From the IMG/VR virus record IMGVR_UViG_3300028841_000078: a stretch of 64,000 bases of DNA; one strand, 5' to 3'. Shown one piece after another: positions 19,560 to 29,257 of this stretch (the first letter of the stretch is position 1; every line of letters begins with the position of its first letter). A model generated the notes under the pieces. The model was not told the DNA's origin, searched no databases, and saw nothing but the letters and a program-made list of their open reading frames with translations. A program made the position numbers and the translations under genes. Source of the DNA: a virus.

Positions 19560-19900
19560 GACACTAGGCACGTTCTAGCCATAGTGAGATTAGGCGGATT
19601 AGGTAGTTCTTTCTTTAGCCATCGTGTAGGGCGCGAATCCTAAACGAATTGCCCAACTAGACTGCGGTCATGGTGATGGGTGAAACGTAGAGGCAGGGTA
19701 AGTGAAACGTCCGACGATTGAGTGCAATTCTCAATCATGCCGTAGGTAAATAGCCAGACCATAGGACGCATAATTGTTTGATGTAGGTCAAGGAGCCCTA
19801 AGTAGATTATGCGGAATCAGCCTGATAGCGGGCACTGAGCCAACTGGTAACTAGTCGATGCCGTAAGGATAAGACGATGGCAGAGAATGATTTACCTGAT
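19560..19900 (+). ncRNA. candidate structured RNA upstream of the early genes
   Basis: Nested helices found by eye (19618-25/19874-81, 19666-74/19753-60, 19716-22/19730-36, 19768-75/19805-12). Confidence 0.35.
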
Positions 19901-20006
19901 CAGGCGAATAATTTAATTATGCTCAATAGTAAGTTATAGGGCACCATGCCTACATGGTGCCTTATGTCTATCGATTGAACATATACACACATAGGAAGGT
20001 AAATAA

Positions 20007-20255
20007 ATGAGTAAGACAACCAAAATAATGAGCGATGCCGCATTCGTGCCCGCTGGTCTAAATGATGTCAAAACTGCCCTGATCGTCTTAGCGGGCATCG
20101 ATGCGCTAAAGTGGCAATATCGATGCCTCATGGCGGATACATGCAACCGAATTGAAACGATGATCGATGGCATCGCATCGCGCAACGTCAGATTGGCGAT
20201 GTATGCAGACCTGCGCGACGAATGCAAGCGCATCGTGGCTGAACGCAATAATTAA
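20007..20255 (+). CDS. early hypothetical protein
   Basis: Preceded by ACACACATAGGAAGG start motif. Confidence 0.65.
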   Translation: MSKTTKIMSDAAFVPAGLNDVKTALIVLAGIDALKWQYRCLMADTCNRIETMIDGIASRNVRLAMYADLRDECKRIVAERNN

Positions 20256-20344
20256 ACCTGAACCAGTGCCCTACATCCTCAAATGGTGGGCACTGATACG
20301 GGCTTAATTCTAGGCACGTAATACACACATAGGAAGGTTAAAAA

Positions 20345-21097
20345 ATGTCAGACAATAACAATATGCAAGTCGAATTCGTGACAATTGAGGATGACGGGCG
20401 CGAAGGCGTTCTGATTGCTGAGGATGCGGGCACCGTTGAAACGTCCGGCGATGCCGCGCAGGATGCGGGCACCGACAAAACAACGGGCAAGGCCAAGCGC
20501 GAGAAGCTGCCTGAGTATCGACAATTGGCGGGGATGCCCGCTGAAATTGTCGCCATTCGTCCAGTCTTGGTGCAAATGTTGCAGGATGCCATTTGCAAGT
20601 TGAACGCGGATAGCGTTGAACCCAACACACCGGACAATCTGAAATTCATTGCCAAAGTTGGCCTACATGGTGTAGGCATCAGCGTGCAGGGTTGGGTGTC
20701 CGGCGATGGTCTCAACAAGGAGCTGAAGGCGGGCAAGAAGTCCTACGAATTCAACGCCAGCTTACGTGCCATTCATGAGCAAGATGGGACACGCTCAGGC
20801 TATACCGCCAAACAACGATCTGAAGCCGCTGAAGTGCTGATGTATGAGGATTACACCGCGCTTTTGGATGCCAAAGTCAAGGCTAAGACATTCAAAAATG
20901 CGGCAGCGGCAGCGGCAAAAATTCCTTACATGGCATGGTGCAAACAAAAGCGGGCAAACATGACAGTAAGTGACAAAAATGCCGACGATGTGAACACGGC
21001 AAACAAAGCCCGTTTGGATGCGTGGAATATCCGCATTGAGGCCAAGTGCGCGGAGATGGCGCAAGCTGAACCGCTGAACCTTGACGATATCGAATAG
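20345..21097 (+). CDS. early hypothetical protein
   Basis: Start motif upstream, terminator downstream. Confidence 0.75.
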   Translation: MSDNNNMQVEFVTIEDDGREGVLIAEDAGTVETSGDAAQDAGTDKTTGKAKREKLPEYRQLAGMPAEIVAIRPVLVQMLQDAICKLNADSVEPNTPDNLKFIAKVGLHGVGISVQGWVSGDGLNKELKAGKKSYEFNASLRAIHEQDGTRSGYTAKQRSEAAEVLMYEDYTALLDAKVKAKTFKNAAAAAAKIPYMAWCKQKRANMTVSDKNADDVNTANKARLDAWNIRIEAKCAEMAQAEPLNLDDIE

Positions 21098-21123
21098 ACA
21101 CCCATCGGCATCGCATCGCTACT

Positions 21124-21168
21124 AATGCCCGCTGACTGTTCACTCAGTCAGCGGGCATTTTTGTTTTT
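21124..21168 (+). terminator. intrinsic terminator
   Basis: 15-bp stem AATGCCCGCTGACTG/CAGTCAGCGGGCATT followed by a T-tract. Confidence 0.85.
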
Positions 21169-21226
21169 CCCCTAGGTTATAGCCTGATCAGGCTAGACAT
21201 ATACACACATAGGAAGGATTAAAAAC

Positions 21227-21601
21227 ATGTCTCAGAATCATCCAAAAGCCACTAAATTTGCGTCATTTGTTGCTATCGGTGCCCTTGTCCTAGTCGGTGC
21301 CTTGAACGCGCCAAAATCGGCCTATGCGGGCAATATTCAGCGATGCAAATATGCCACGGCATCGCGCACCATTAAGGCACCGTTTACGGTGCCTGATGGC
21401 ATCGCGCCCTATATCCCCGCCAATACATCAGGCTGCATTGTGTGGCTGAACCAGACGTATACGGCACCTGATGGCACTGAGTGGCCTAGCTATAAGGTCA
21501 TGACGTTTACGGGCAAACATCACACCATGACAATCATCGTGTCAAAAGAACTAGACACGGATGGAATCACCCGCGAATACATCAGCCTAGTCAATCCCTA
21601 G
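21227..21601 (+). CDS. secreted/exported protein
   Basis: Signal peptide ending AYA; start motif upstream. Confidence 0.7.
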   Translation: MSQNHPKATKFASFVAIGALVLVGALNAPKSAYAGNIQRCKYATASRTIKAPFTVPDGIAPYIPANTSGCIVWLNQTYTAPDGTEWPSYKVMTFTGKHHTMTIIVSKELDTDGITREYISLVNP

Positions 21602-21610
21602 CTGACACGG

Positions 21611-21663
21611 TGCCCGATGGCATCGCCTGAACTTAGGCGATGCTATCGGGCATTTTTGTTTTT
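21611..21663 (+). terminator. intrinsic terminator
   Basis: 18-bp stem TGCCCGATGGCATCGCCT/AGGCGATGCTATCGGGCA followed by a T-tract. Confidence 0.85.
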
Positions 21664-21796
21664 CCATAGGCAGGAGCAAGTTGCGTCCCTAGGGACGCGG
21701 CCTCCTGTGTGTAGGAAGGTCTGGTCTGGGGATGCCTAGGCCAGATCTTCCCATTAGTACGAAAGTCCAAAAATTCCCCATGTGACGAGGTGACAA

Positions 21797-22096
21797 ATGT
21801 TTCAAACAGCCCAAAACGCTACGGCAGCACTGACCGACGACACCGCGATGCACGATGAACTGCGTTTGCACGGATTCACCAGCACGAAACAGCTTCTGTG
21901 TCGGTTGGTTGAACTTCTGCAGGCCATCCCTACTGTTACGAACACATTCGAGGTCATCATGGCAATCGACGCGGACGATCTGGTTCGTCCGTGCATCAAA
22001 TCGACTGCGCCCAATGGTGTCAGCAAGAACCTGTTTCGGCGCGATTGCGAGTGGGTTTACCACGCGCTGACAGGCCACAAACCACTGTTTTATTAG
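21797..22096 (+). CDS. hypothetical protein
   Basis: ATG with GAGGTG RBS. Confidence 0.6.
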   Translation: MFQTAQNATAALTDDTAMHDELRLHGFTSTKQLLCRLVELLQAIPTVTNTFEVIMAIDADDLVRPCIKSTAPNGVSKNLFRRDCEWVYHALTGHKPLFY

Positions 22097-22134
22097 GTGT
22101 CACATCGATGTGACGGTTTAAGGAGACAAACATC

Positions 22135-22470
22135 ATGATCGAGATCAAAGACAAGACAGGCAAGGTCGTTCTCTCCGGCAAAGATAAGCGCATTATCACC
22201 AAGCACGCGCAAGAGGTCGGCGTGTATATCGTGGAGGCATGGTGGCGCGAAAGTGGCGGAGTGCCCTGCGCCGATTCCGTCTTTCACTTCGCTGACAACA
22301 CGCTGGCCTGCGTGTCGTGGATGTCGCTGACCGATGTCGAGGACTTCATCGAGCGCCAGCGTTCGTGGAAAGACACCGGTCTGAAACTGCAGGTCGGCAC
22401 ATGGCGCAGAAAGTTCTACAAAGCGCCCGATGAGTGCTTGCTGCAAAACAAGGAGGTGAAACCGGCCTGA
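22135..22470 (+). CDS. hypothetical protein
   Basis: AAGGAG RBS just after a palindrome copy. Confidence 0.65.
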   Translation: MIEIKDKTGKVVLSGKDKRIITKHAQEVGVYIVEAWWRESGGVPCADSVFHFADNTLACVSWMSLTDVEDFIERQRSWKDTGLKLQVGTWRRKFYKAPDECLLQNKEVKPA

Positions 22471-22593
22471 AAACGCTACTCGGAAATCGGCGGTGACCAT
22501 TGCCCGTAAAACGCAGATCGAAAATCGATTCTGGTTTATGGGCAATCGTGATTCTCCGATTTGGGAATCAATACACACATAAGGAGCGCTGAA

Positions 22594-22938
22594 ATGATTC
22601 TTTCTAATACAGTGGTCGTCAAAGCAAATAAGAATGAGGCCATCGCCATTCGTGGCATGACCATTGGCGAGGTGAGAGAACTGATCGATGGCTGGATGGA
22701 ACGTGAGACCGAAATCATCGAGGACGACAAGGAGCTTCTCAACTACGAAGATCACTATGTCTCGACCGGTCGCTACGCCAAGCTGTTCATCGACTACCTC
22801 GAGAGCCAGCTTGACAACACCTCAATCCTGACCAAAGCAGCCCGCTACTCAGCAGACATCAATGCCCGCGAGCGTCTGGTTCGGCGTGTCAATCGCGCCA
22901 ATGTGCGCCTAGGAGAGTTGGCGCACAAGGAGGACTGA
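22594..22938 (+). CDS. hypothetical protein, paralog of 22940-23281
   Basis: Start motif; shared W(M/I)ERExEIIxDD..L..Y..HY.S..RY..L..DY(L/I)ESQ. Confidence 0.7.
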   Translation: MILSNTVVVKANKNEAIAIRGMTIGEVRELIDGWMERETEIIEDDKELLNYEDHYVSTGRYAKLFIDYLESQLDNTSILTKAARYSADINARERLVRRVNRANVRLGELAHKED

Positions 22939-22939
22939 A

Positions 22940-23281
22940 ATGACTGCTGCAAAAACGATCTACATCAAAGCCAGCAGGACACGCGGCATCTCGATCAAGA
23001 ACACATCTGCCGATGTCGTTCAGCGCGCAGTCAATCAATGGATTGAGCGCGAGGGCGAAATCATCTCTGACGACTCGCTTCTCGTGGAATACGACGAACA
23101 CTACAGTTCTGTTCTGCGATACGTGACGCTGCTCATGGACTACATCGAAAGTCAGTTCAACAAGACAACCAGAATCGTCATTCCAAATGATCTGGATACG
23201 GATATCGATGTCTGCGAGATTCTGGACATCAATATTGGCAGGGCGCTTAAGCGCCTAAAGGAGTTGGCAGATCGTGGCTAA
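22940..23281 (+). CDS. hypothetical protein, paralog of 22594-22938
   Basis: Same shared motif; AAGGAGG RBS. Confidence 0.7.
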   Translation: MTAAKTIYIKASRTRGISIKNTSADVVQRAVNQWIEREGEIISDDSLLVEYDEHYSSVLRYVTLLMDYIESQFNKTTRIVIPNDLDTDIDVCEILDINIGRALKRLKELADRG

Positions 23282-23774
23282 GTTTTATCTGGCAAACCCA
23301 ACAACGTTTGATCACTTCGTCAAATATGAGCAGCTGCGCCGAAAGCTGAATGTCAGTCTGCTCGAAAGCAAGTCTTTCTCGCCGCAGGTATTCAACGACC
23401 GAACGGTCGAGGAGTGGACAATCGCGTTTAAGTTTGATCGCAACTTGAATGGCAATAACATCAAGCCAACAGACTTTGATTGGGCTTGGCACTACCACGC
23501 TGGCAAAGTCAGCGGGTATTCACTGGCTGAGAATTGCTGCCTATACAAGCATTGCATCATCTACCAGATGGTCGGTGCCGTGCCTGTGTTTGACGATGGC
23601 AGCTTCAATACGATGTATTGCCTTGACAACGGCAGTCGAGTCCCTGTGACATGGGAATCGGCCTACCTGTCAAAGATACTTGCATCAGTCAACTACGACT
23701 GGGCACCGAAAGAGATTCACCCAATCAAGCTCGAAAGATTGATGGACACGATTGCGCGCGAAGGTCTTGAGTGA
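23274..23774 (+). CDS. hypothetical protein
   Basis: Coupled ORF in the early operon. Confidence 0.6.
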   Translation: MAKFYLANPTTFDHFVKYEQLRRKLNVSLLESKSFSPQVFNDRTVEEWTIAFKFDRNLNGNNIKPTDFDWAWHYHAGKVSGYSLAENCCLYKHCIIYQMVGAVPVFDDGSFNTMYCLDNGSRVPVTWESAYLSKILASVNYDWAPKEIHPIKLERLMDTIAREGLE

Positions 23775-23864
23775 ATGGCAACCACTGCTTACGAATTCGC
23801 CTATCGGAATTCGCTGGCAGTGCTGGCGCATTCACGCCAAACACACACAAAGGGAAATCTGAAA

Positions 23865-24500
23865 ATGAGCATCAAACACAAAACACAAGTCGCCCTCTTG
23901 TCCGTCGCCGCTGCGTTGCTGGTGGGCCAAAACGCCCATGCAGACGGTGTGGCACTGTTCATGCCGAGCATCGTCAAAAACTACGGCATCTCGGCGTGGA
24001 CACCCGAAAAGACCACGCTGGACGATCTGAAAGCCTGCATCAAAGACGCGAAGGCGAACGATGCCTGCGAGATCACCGATGCCATGACAACGGCATGGCA
24101 GTTGATCGGGCACAAGGACAAGGTGCCATTCAAGGTGCGTGACCGGACGCAGCACACCGACCAAGCCATCTATCTGGCGTTCACGTCCGACGACGATGAG
24201 CGTTCCTGCCAGATCGGGTGGCACGTTCAGCGCGACTTCTGGTATAGCGATTGCAAAGGCCCGCTATACGGAGACGGTGGCATGGACACGATTTATCCAG
24301 TGCCCGATGTCACCAAGTCAGAGGCGCACATGTTCACGCTGGCAATCGGCGCGAACGCTGGCGCAGGACGCGCAGGCAACATCATCACCTATGTCATCAA
24401 CGGATTCTGGCTGGTGGATTGGACAGGACAGGCGAAACAAGGCTTCTGCCCAATCGATAACCCATTCACCGGCGCAGACGAGTCCAAGTGCATTCGTTAG
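23865..24500 (+). CDS. secreted protein
   Basis: Signal peptide ending AHA, followed by LFMPSIVKN. Confidence 0.7.
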   Translation: MSIKHKTQVALLSVAAALLVGQNAHADGVALFMPSIVKNYGISAWTPEKTTLDDLKACIKDAKANDACEITDAMTTAWQLIGHKDKVPFKVRDRTQHTDQAIYLAFTSDDDERSCQIGWHVQRDFWYSDCKGPLYGDGGMDTIYPVPDVTKSEAHMFTLAIGANAGAGRAGNIITYVINGFWLVDWTGQAKQGFCPIDNPFTGADESKCIR

Positions 24501-24594
24501 GCTAGGCGCAAATTGGCGTTTGCTACTGGGTGTCACATCGATGTGACACTCGGTGTCGAAATTCCAATTTCAAAACACACATAAGGAGTAAGTC

Positions 24595-25122
24595 ATGAAA
24601 GGTAAAACCAAAATCAAAACAGAAAGTGAGGCGCAAACTCAAGCACAACGCTGCGTGATCGTCGTTCAGGTCAAAGATGTCTGGATGGTTGAACTTCGTT
24701 TCGCCACCCACGCCGAGGCAGAGGCGCACATCGCCAAGAAGATCATCAAAACCGGCTATGTCATTCCGGAGATGATCATGCCGCCGTTTAGCGACATGAT
24801 TAGCTGGAAGCCGATTATTTCACTTGACCCTGTGGGTGGCATGGTTCGGGTTTATTCGGGCAGAATCTCATCGGTCAATCTTCTTGATCGTATTCTTGAG
24901 AATCTCACCAAGCAGTCACGCATCGCCAAGATGCGCGGAAGCAACAGGGGGATTGATACAGACAAAGATCACTTGGCAATTGTCTGGCGCTTCTTGGCGT
25001 TTGAGAACGAGGTCTGCCGAGAATTGATCAAGGGCAATGACACTCGAATCATTGATCATATCAACTACATTGCGGAGTCAATGGGCAAGCATATCGACCT
25101 CCTCAAGAAGAACATCGTCTAA
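24595..25122 (+). CDS. hypothetical protein
   Basis: Start motif ACACACATAAGGAG. Confidence 0.65.
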   Translation: MKGKTKIKTESEAQTQAQRCVIVVQVKDVWMVELRFATHAEAEAHIAKKIIKTGYVIPEMIMPPFSDMISWKPIISLDPVGGMVRVYSGRISSVNLLDRILENLTKQSRIAKMRGSNRGIDTDKDHLAIVWRFLAFENEVCRELIKGNDTRIIDHINYIAESMGKHIDLLKKNIV

Positions 25123-25203
25123 TCGGCGCTTACTACAGGGCATCACATCGATGTGATGCCCTGTGCTCAGATTCCGATTTATTACACACAAGGAGATTTA
25201 GAC

Positions 25204-25413
25204 ATGCTAGGGATAAAGATTCTAGGTGTTGGCAGCAGGGTGACCTGTGCGGGCAAAGTCGGAACGGTTATCTCTGTCAAGAAAGCCAAACAACTCGGCG
25301 CAACCAAGGACAAAAGCCGAATGACAGATCGTGGCGTTCAATTCGATGATGGCAGCGTTGCCATTGTCAACGTCAACAGTCTGAACGCATATAAGGGAGA
25401 CAAGAATGCCTAA
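25204..25413 (+). CDS. small SH3/KOW-like protein
   Basis: VGSRVTCAGKVGTVI; AAGGAG RBS. Confidence 0.55.
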   Translation: MLGIKILGVGSRVTCAGKVGTVISVKKAKQLGATKDKSRMTDRGVQFDDGSVAIVNVNSLNAYKGDKNA

Positions 25414-25882
25414 GATATTCAAAACCGGCGAGCGCGTTCGCATCGGCAACTACTGCGGCATCGACAGCAACAAGACCGGCAAAGTCATCACGTCGATTCA
25501 GGCAGGGCGCAACAATCCAGATGTTCAGCGCGTCCGCCACTACGAGCGCATCATTAGACTGGACGATGGCGGAATCTGCGTGACATCGACCGATAACCTG
25601 TTCCACGAGAACCCATTAGCACAGGCGGTTTACCGCAACGACTGGATGATGACCCGCGTCAAGCGCTGCAAGTGTCCAGACGGGGTGCGCCGATCTGTCG
25701 CCATCACCGGTCAGCCCGATACGTTCTTCTCGATTCCGGCCCAAGTGCGGGCGCACGGCAAGACAGTCACCGGCTACGTCACCGGCTGCGAAACGAATGG
25801 ACAACCCGACTATGAGTTTCACCCGTATCTCTACTGCAAAAACCATGTGGTCTTTCCACAGGCGAGCGAGGCGGCAAAATGA
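25406..25882 (+). CDS. hypothetical protein with KOW-like N-terminus
   Basis: FKTGERVRI...GKVI. Confidence 0.6.
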   Translation: MPKIFKTGERVRIGNYCGIDSNKTGKVITSIQAGRNNPDVQRVRHYERIIRLDDGGICVTSTDNLFHENPLAQAVYRNDWMMTRVKRCKCPDGVRRSVAITGQPDTFFSIPAQVRAHGKTVTGYVTGCETNGQPDYEFHPYLYCKNHVVFPQASEAAK

Positions 25883-26301
25883 TTCGTCAAACTGTGATCA
25901 GGCCACACATGACCATTCATGGCGAGTGTTTCGTGCTTGTCGATGGGGTCGCAACAAACGACAGACCGGCGAGCCTAATGGCGGCGTTAAATCAGTCTCG
26001 GCGCGTGGCCGAAAAGCTGGCAAGTGACAAGTTTGGCAATTTTGAAGTCACAAACAAAATTGGATTAACCCAGTTTGATTACCAGTTCTTTCTGGTGACA
26101 TGGGATGACGAACTCGCTTCGACAAAGCGCACATTGATCAAGGAGCGCCAAGTGATGCCGATACTTGGCGCTCTTTTGTCGTTCATCGGCGCGTATCTGA
26201 TTGGCACCCACGCAGAGACAGCACGAGATTGGTTTCTGTTTATCGTGATGACAATCTCATTCGCCTGTTCAGCGATTAACGCAATTGAGGCACGGAAATG
26301 A
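25879..26301 (+). CDS. hypothetical membrane protein
   Basis: Two C-terminal hydrophobic helices; ATGA coupling. Confidence 0.55.
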   Translation: MIRQTVIRPHMTIHGECFVLVDGVATNDRPASLMAALNQSRRVAEKLASDKFGNFEVTNKIGLTQFDYQFFLVTWDDELASTKRTLIKERQVMPILGALLSFIGAYLIGTHAETARDWFLFIVMTISFACSAINAIEARK

Positions 26302-26786
26302 CAATCGACTATTTCAATTCAGATCGACAGCACGAAATGATCAAGTTTATCGCCGAGATGCTCAAGGTTGAGCCAATGGCGGTCAAGCAAGCCATCGACG
26401 CATTTGAAGCGGAGTATCCAGAAGCGTGTGGCTTCACGATTGCGGACATCTTTGATCAAAACGAACGCGACCCAGATCGGTATCCCCTCAGCAGATCCAA
26501 CCCTGCCCATATTGAGATTGCCAAGGCAGCGGTGATCTCTATTGGTTCTGACTTTGAGTTGCACGATTCGGACTGGTATCGCGTCGATGAGGCCATCGAT
26601 GCCGCATGTGAGGAGGCCGGTCTGGTCAAAGAGAGTCACGACGGAGCGGAAGATGACGCAGACGGTGATGATGATGATCTTGACGATGAACTTCTTTCAG
26701 ACAAGGCAGAGCAGTTGCCAATAGATCAACCCACCCCGCCCGATCTGCGCTACTTTGAGGGAGACAACAAAAACGACTACGAATAA
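26298..26786 (+). CDS. acidic hypothetical protein
   Basis: Asp-rich C-terminus; ATGA coupling. Confidence 0.6.
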   Translation: MTIDYFNSDRQHEMIKFIAEMLKVEPMAVKQAIDAFEAEYPEACGFTIADIFDQNERDPDRYPLSRSNPAHIEIAKAAVISIGSDFELHDSDWYRVDEAIDAACEEAGLVKESHDGAEDDADGDDDDLDDELLSDKAEQLPIDQPTPPDLRYFEGDNKNDYE

Positions 26787-26873
26787 TCAGCAGGTGCTTC
26801 TGGGTGTCACATCGATGTGACACCCAGTGTCGTTCTTCTGATTAGTTAATACACACACATAAGGAAGGTCAAA

Positions 26874-27101
26874 ATGAAAGTCAGCATTCAGCGAATCACT
26901 CCAAAATCGCGCATGATGTGGATTATCCAAAACAAATGCGCGGGCTGCAGTTGGGAAGATGAAAGCAGCTATGAGCCGACCGAGTTCAAAGACATGATGG
27001 CGGACTTGAAAGAGTATCGTGAGTCCTCTGCCAGTCGTCAGATCGAATATCGCGCCATTAAGCGCCGTGTCAAATATGCGGAGGTGCCCAGTGAAAACTA
27101 A
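26874..27101 (+). CDS. hypothetical protein
   Basis: Start motif ACACACATAAGGAAGG. Confidence 0.6.
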   Translation: MKVSIQRITPKSRMMWIIQNKCAGCSWEDESSYEPTEFKDMMADLKEYRESSASRQIEYRAIKRRVKYAEVPSEN

Positions 27102-27708
27102 AACCCTCCGCTACACCGACACCGAAGATGGCCCTGTCAGCTTTGAGTATGACCACATTGCAAAAGGCAGCTTTGCCAAGGTCTACTCCAAAGAAGGCGA
27201 AAGCAAGGTTGTAATCGTGGTGCCGGATGACTGCTACGACAAAGAAATCGCCGCCGCCTGTCGCGGCTATGAGCATGACAACCCGCACATACCAGATGTC
27301 AATCTGGATGGCTACCTGATGATTCACGGTGAGCAATTCAAGGTCTACCGAATGCAGCGGTATCACCGACTCACCACGGGCAGTCAGGCCAAGCGCGATT
27401 ACAACCGCATCAAGCGGCTGTTGAAATTGGTGATCGGCGTTCGCTTCTGCATCGACCCGATTCAGCGATGCGTCGATGCGGCTGAGATTCTGGAGAAGCA
27501 ACCCGATACAGACCGCGTGGCGATGGCGCTGCTTGAGATTGTCCGCTACGCCACCAACTACGGTAAGGAGATGACCTTTGAGTATGGTCTACGAAACGTC
27601 ATGCAAGACGACGCTGGCAATTTAGTCTGGGTCGATATGGTGTTTGACACGAATCTTCTGAAGAAGATTCGCAGCAAAAAGAAGGTGCGTTATGCCTATC
27701 ATTTTTAA
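27091..27708 (+). CDS. divergent protein-kinase-like fold protein
   Basis: Gly-loop IAKGSFAKVY, HIPDV, EYGLRNVM catalytic-loop equivalent, WVDMV DFG equivalent; GTG start with GGAGG RBS. Confidence 0.6.
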   Translation: MKTKTLRYTDTEDGPVSFEYDHIAKGSFAKVYSKEGESKVVIVVPDDCYDKEIAAACRGYEHDNPHIPDVNLDGYLMIHGEQFKVYRMQRYHRLTTGSQAKRDYNRIKRLLKLVIGVRFCIDPIQRCVDAAEILEKQPDTDRVAMALLEIVRYATNYGKEMTFEYGLRNVMQDDAGNLVWVDMVFDTNLLKKIRSKKKVRYAYHF

Positions 27709-27976
27709 CGACGAAACCCCGACCACCTATGAGCTTCTAAAAGATGTGGACAACTTTGAGGTCGAGACGTGGTTTGAGCGCGACCGCGCCTTTGTCGGTC
27801 TCAAACTGAAAGATGGAATCACAGTCAACGAGGCGATGCCAAATCTGCCTGAGTGGTGGGATGAGGCGGTGCATGAAGCAGTTGAAGATGGCTTTCTTGA
27901 CCCGAAAGATTACCTCAGCAGCGCCCATGAATACTACGTGCAGATGTTTTTACAGCCTTGGGCTAAATGGAGTTAG
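27692..27976 (+). CDS. hypothetical protein
   Basis: Coupled ORF. Confidence 0.55.
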   Translation: MPIIFNDETPTTYELLKDVDNFEVETWFERDRAFVGLKLKDGITVNEAMPNLPEWWDEAVHEAVEDGFLDPKDYLSSAHEYYVQMFLQPWAKWS

Positions 27977-27979
27977 GCA

Positions 27980-29020
27980 ATGACAAACCTTAATCAACGT
28001 GAGCTTGAAGCGTATGCAGCCCTGACCAAGTTCTGGGTTGCCACAAACTTTCCGCTTGAGATTCCAACCTTCAGACAGCTTTGTGATCGCAAACCAGAGC
28101 ACAGCGGTCCGCGCTTTGCAATCAAAGAGTGCTACATCTTTAGAACGCATGTGATTCGCATCCCGATTCAATGGAGTTATTACTCCGGCACCGGAATTAA
28201 GATGGCGCTCACCCATGACGCTGTGGTGTTCTACTACTATTTCAAGAGTGAAATAGATGACATGGCAGACGACTGGGAAACGTTCGCAACGGACAACATG
28301 CAGCCCCTTGTCGCGGTGATGTTCGACAACTCACCAGAAATTCATCAGTGGTTCTGCGATCAGCTTCCTGACATCTTGGCTGATAAAAATAACTTCGCGC
28401 TCTATCTTGCAATGTCGGCCACCGATCAGCAGGTTACCCCGCACAAGTTGTATTTACCAGCGGGAGAGTCAGGTCGATACACCGACGCAAACAAAATGTA
28501 TGCCGCTGGTGATATCCAGTCACTTTGGAAATTCATCAATCTTGTCTGGATTGATGTCAAAACACTTTCGGTGGTTAAAGGTGTTTATCCGGTTGTGAAT
28601 GCGGGTGGCGCACGCCCTTGGCAATACTGGAGCGATGGCGCACGGACAAAATACTACATGCTTGGCTCGGTGATGGATATCTCTGTGAACAAATCAGCCG
28701 GTCAAGCAATTCAATGGCTTCTGGCCAGCGGCACACTGACCGTAGACACGGCAGACATCAACGAACTTCGGCAAGTCACCGATATCAAAGAGACGATCAT
28801 CGAGCAGAAGAAGGTTGGCGGCACCGGCAACGGTCAATCTGTCACGCTCTACATGAGTCGTTTCATGGTGAACGACAAGCAAATTCGGTCATACCTGCGC
28901 GTCTCAAGTGAGGAGTGGTCGCTTGGCGGGGATGGCGACTACGACGAAACGACCTCGTTATTTAATGAAAGAGATGAGGCGGATATCGCCTACAAAAATA
29001 GTGCTTCACTTCTCGCGTAA
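27980..29020 (+). CDS. hypothetical protein
   Basis: 346-aa ORF with GGAG RBS. Confidence 0.7.
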   Translation: MTNLNQRELEAYAALTKFWVATNFPLEIPTFRQLCDRKPEHSGPRFAIKECYIFRTHVIRIPIQWSYYSGTGIKMALTHDAVVFYYYFKSEIDDMADDWETFATDNMQPLVAVMFDNSPEIHQWFCDQLPDILADKNNFALYLAMSATDQQVTPHKLYLPAGESGRYTDANKMYAAGDIQSLWKFINLVWIDVKTLSVVKGVYPVVNAGGARPWQYWSDGARTKYYMLGSVMDISVNKSAGQAIQWLLASGTLTVDTADINELRQVTDIKETIIEQKKVGGTGNGQSVTLYMSRFMVNDKQIRSYLRVSSEEWSLGGDGDYDETTSLFNERDEADIAYKNSASLLA

Positions 29021-29060
29021 ATCTGTCACATCGATGTGACAGCAATTCTGATTGACCCTA

Positions 29061-29089
29061 TTGACATTTGTTACAAATGTCGCTAATGT
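29061..29089 (+). promoter_or_regulatory. sigma70 promoter of the Y-RNA array, overlapped by inverted repeat GACATTTG-tta-CAAATGTC
   Basis: TTGACA-N17-TAATGT; inverted repeat at 29063-29081. Confidence 0.7.
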
Positions 29090-29100
29090 ATCGCGGGGGT

Positions 29101-29168
29101 AACGCAGTGGTGTAGACGGTGGTTACTTCACATCTACAAAAGGCCCATCGTCGTCCGTTCCCTGTGTT
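29101..29168 (+). ncRNA. Y-RNA-like unit 1 (minimal)
   Basis: Terminal stem AACGCAG/CTGTGTT; conserved TGGTGTA...GTTCC internal loop; helix GACGGTG/CATCGTC; GTTACTTC. Confidence 0.7.
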
Positions 29169-29180
29169 CGTTCGTCTGTG

Positions 29181-29245
29181 AATTGGTGGTGTAGATTGCG
29201 GTTACTTCTTTGGTTGAAAGCCCGCAGTCGCCTAGTTCCCCAATT
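29181..29245 (+). ncRNA. Y-RNA-like unit 2 (minimal)
   Basis: AATTGG/CCAATT; TGGTGTA...GTTCC; GATTGCG/CGCAGTC; GTTACTTC. Confidence 0.7.
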
Positions 29246-29257
29246 GCTTTGTCTCTG

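Noticed and set aside
19540-19900. Hammerhead ribozyme or group II intron
   Set aside because: No CUGANGA/GAAA core pair and no domain V motif recognisable; kept only as a generic structured-RNA candidate.
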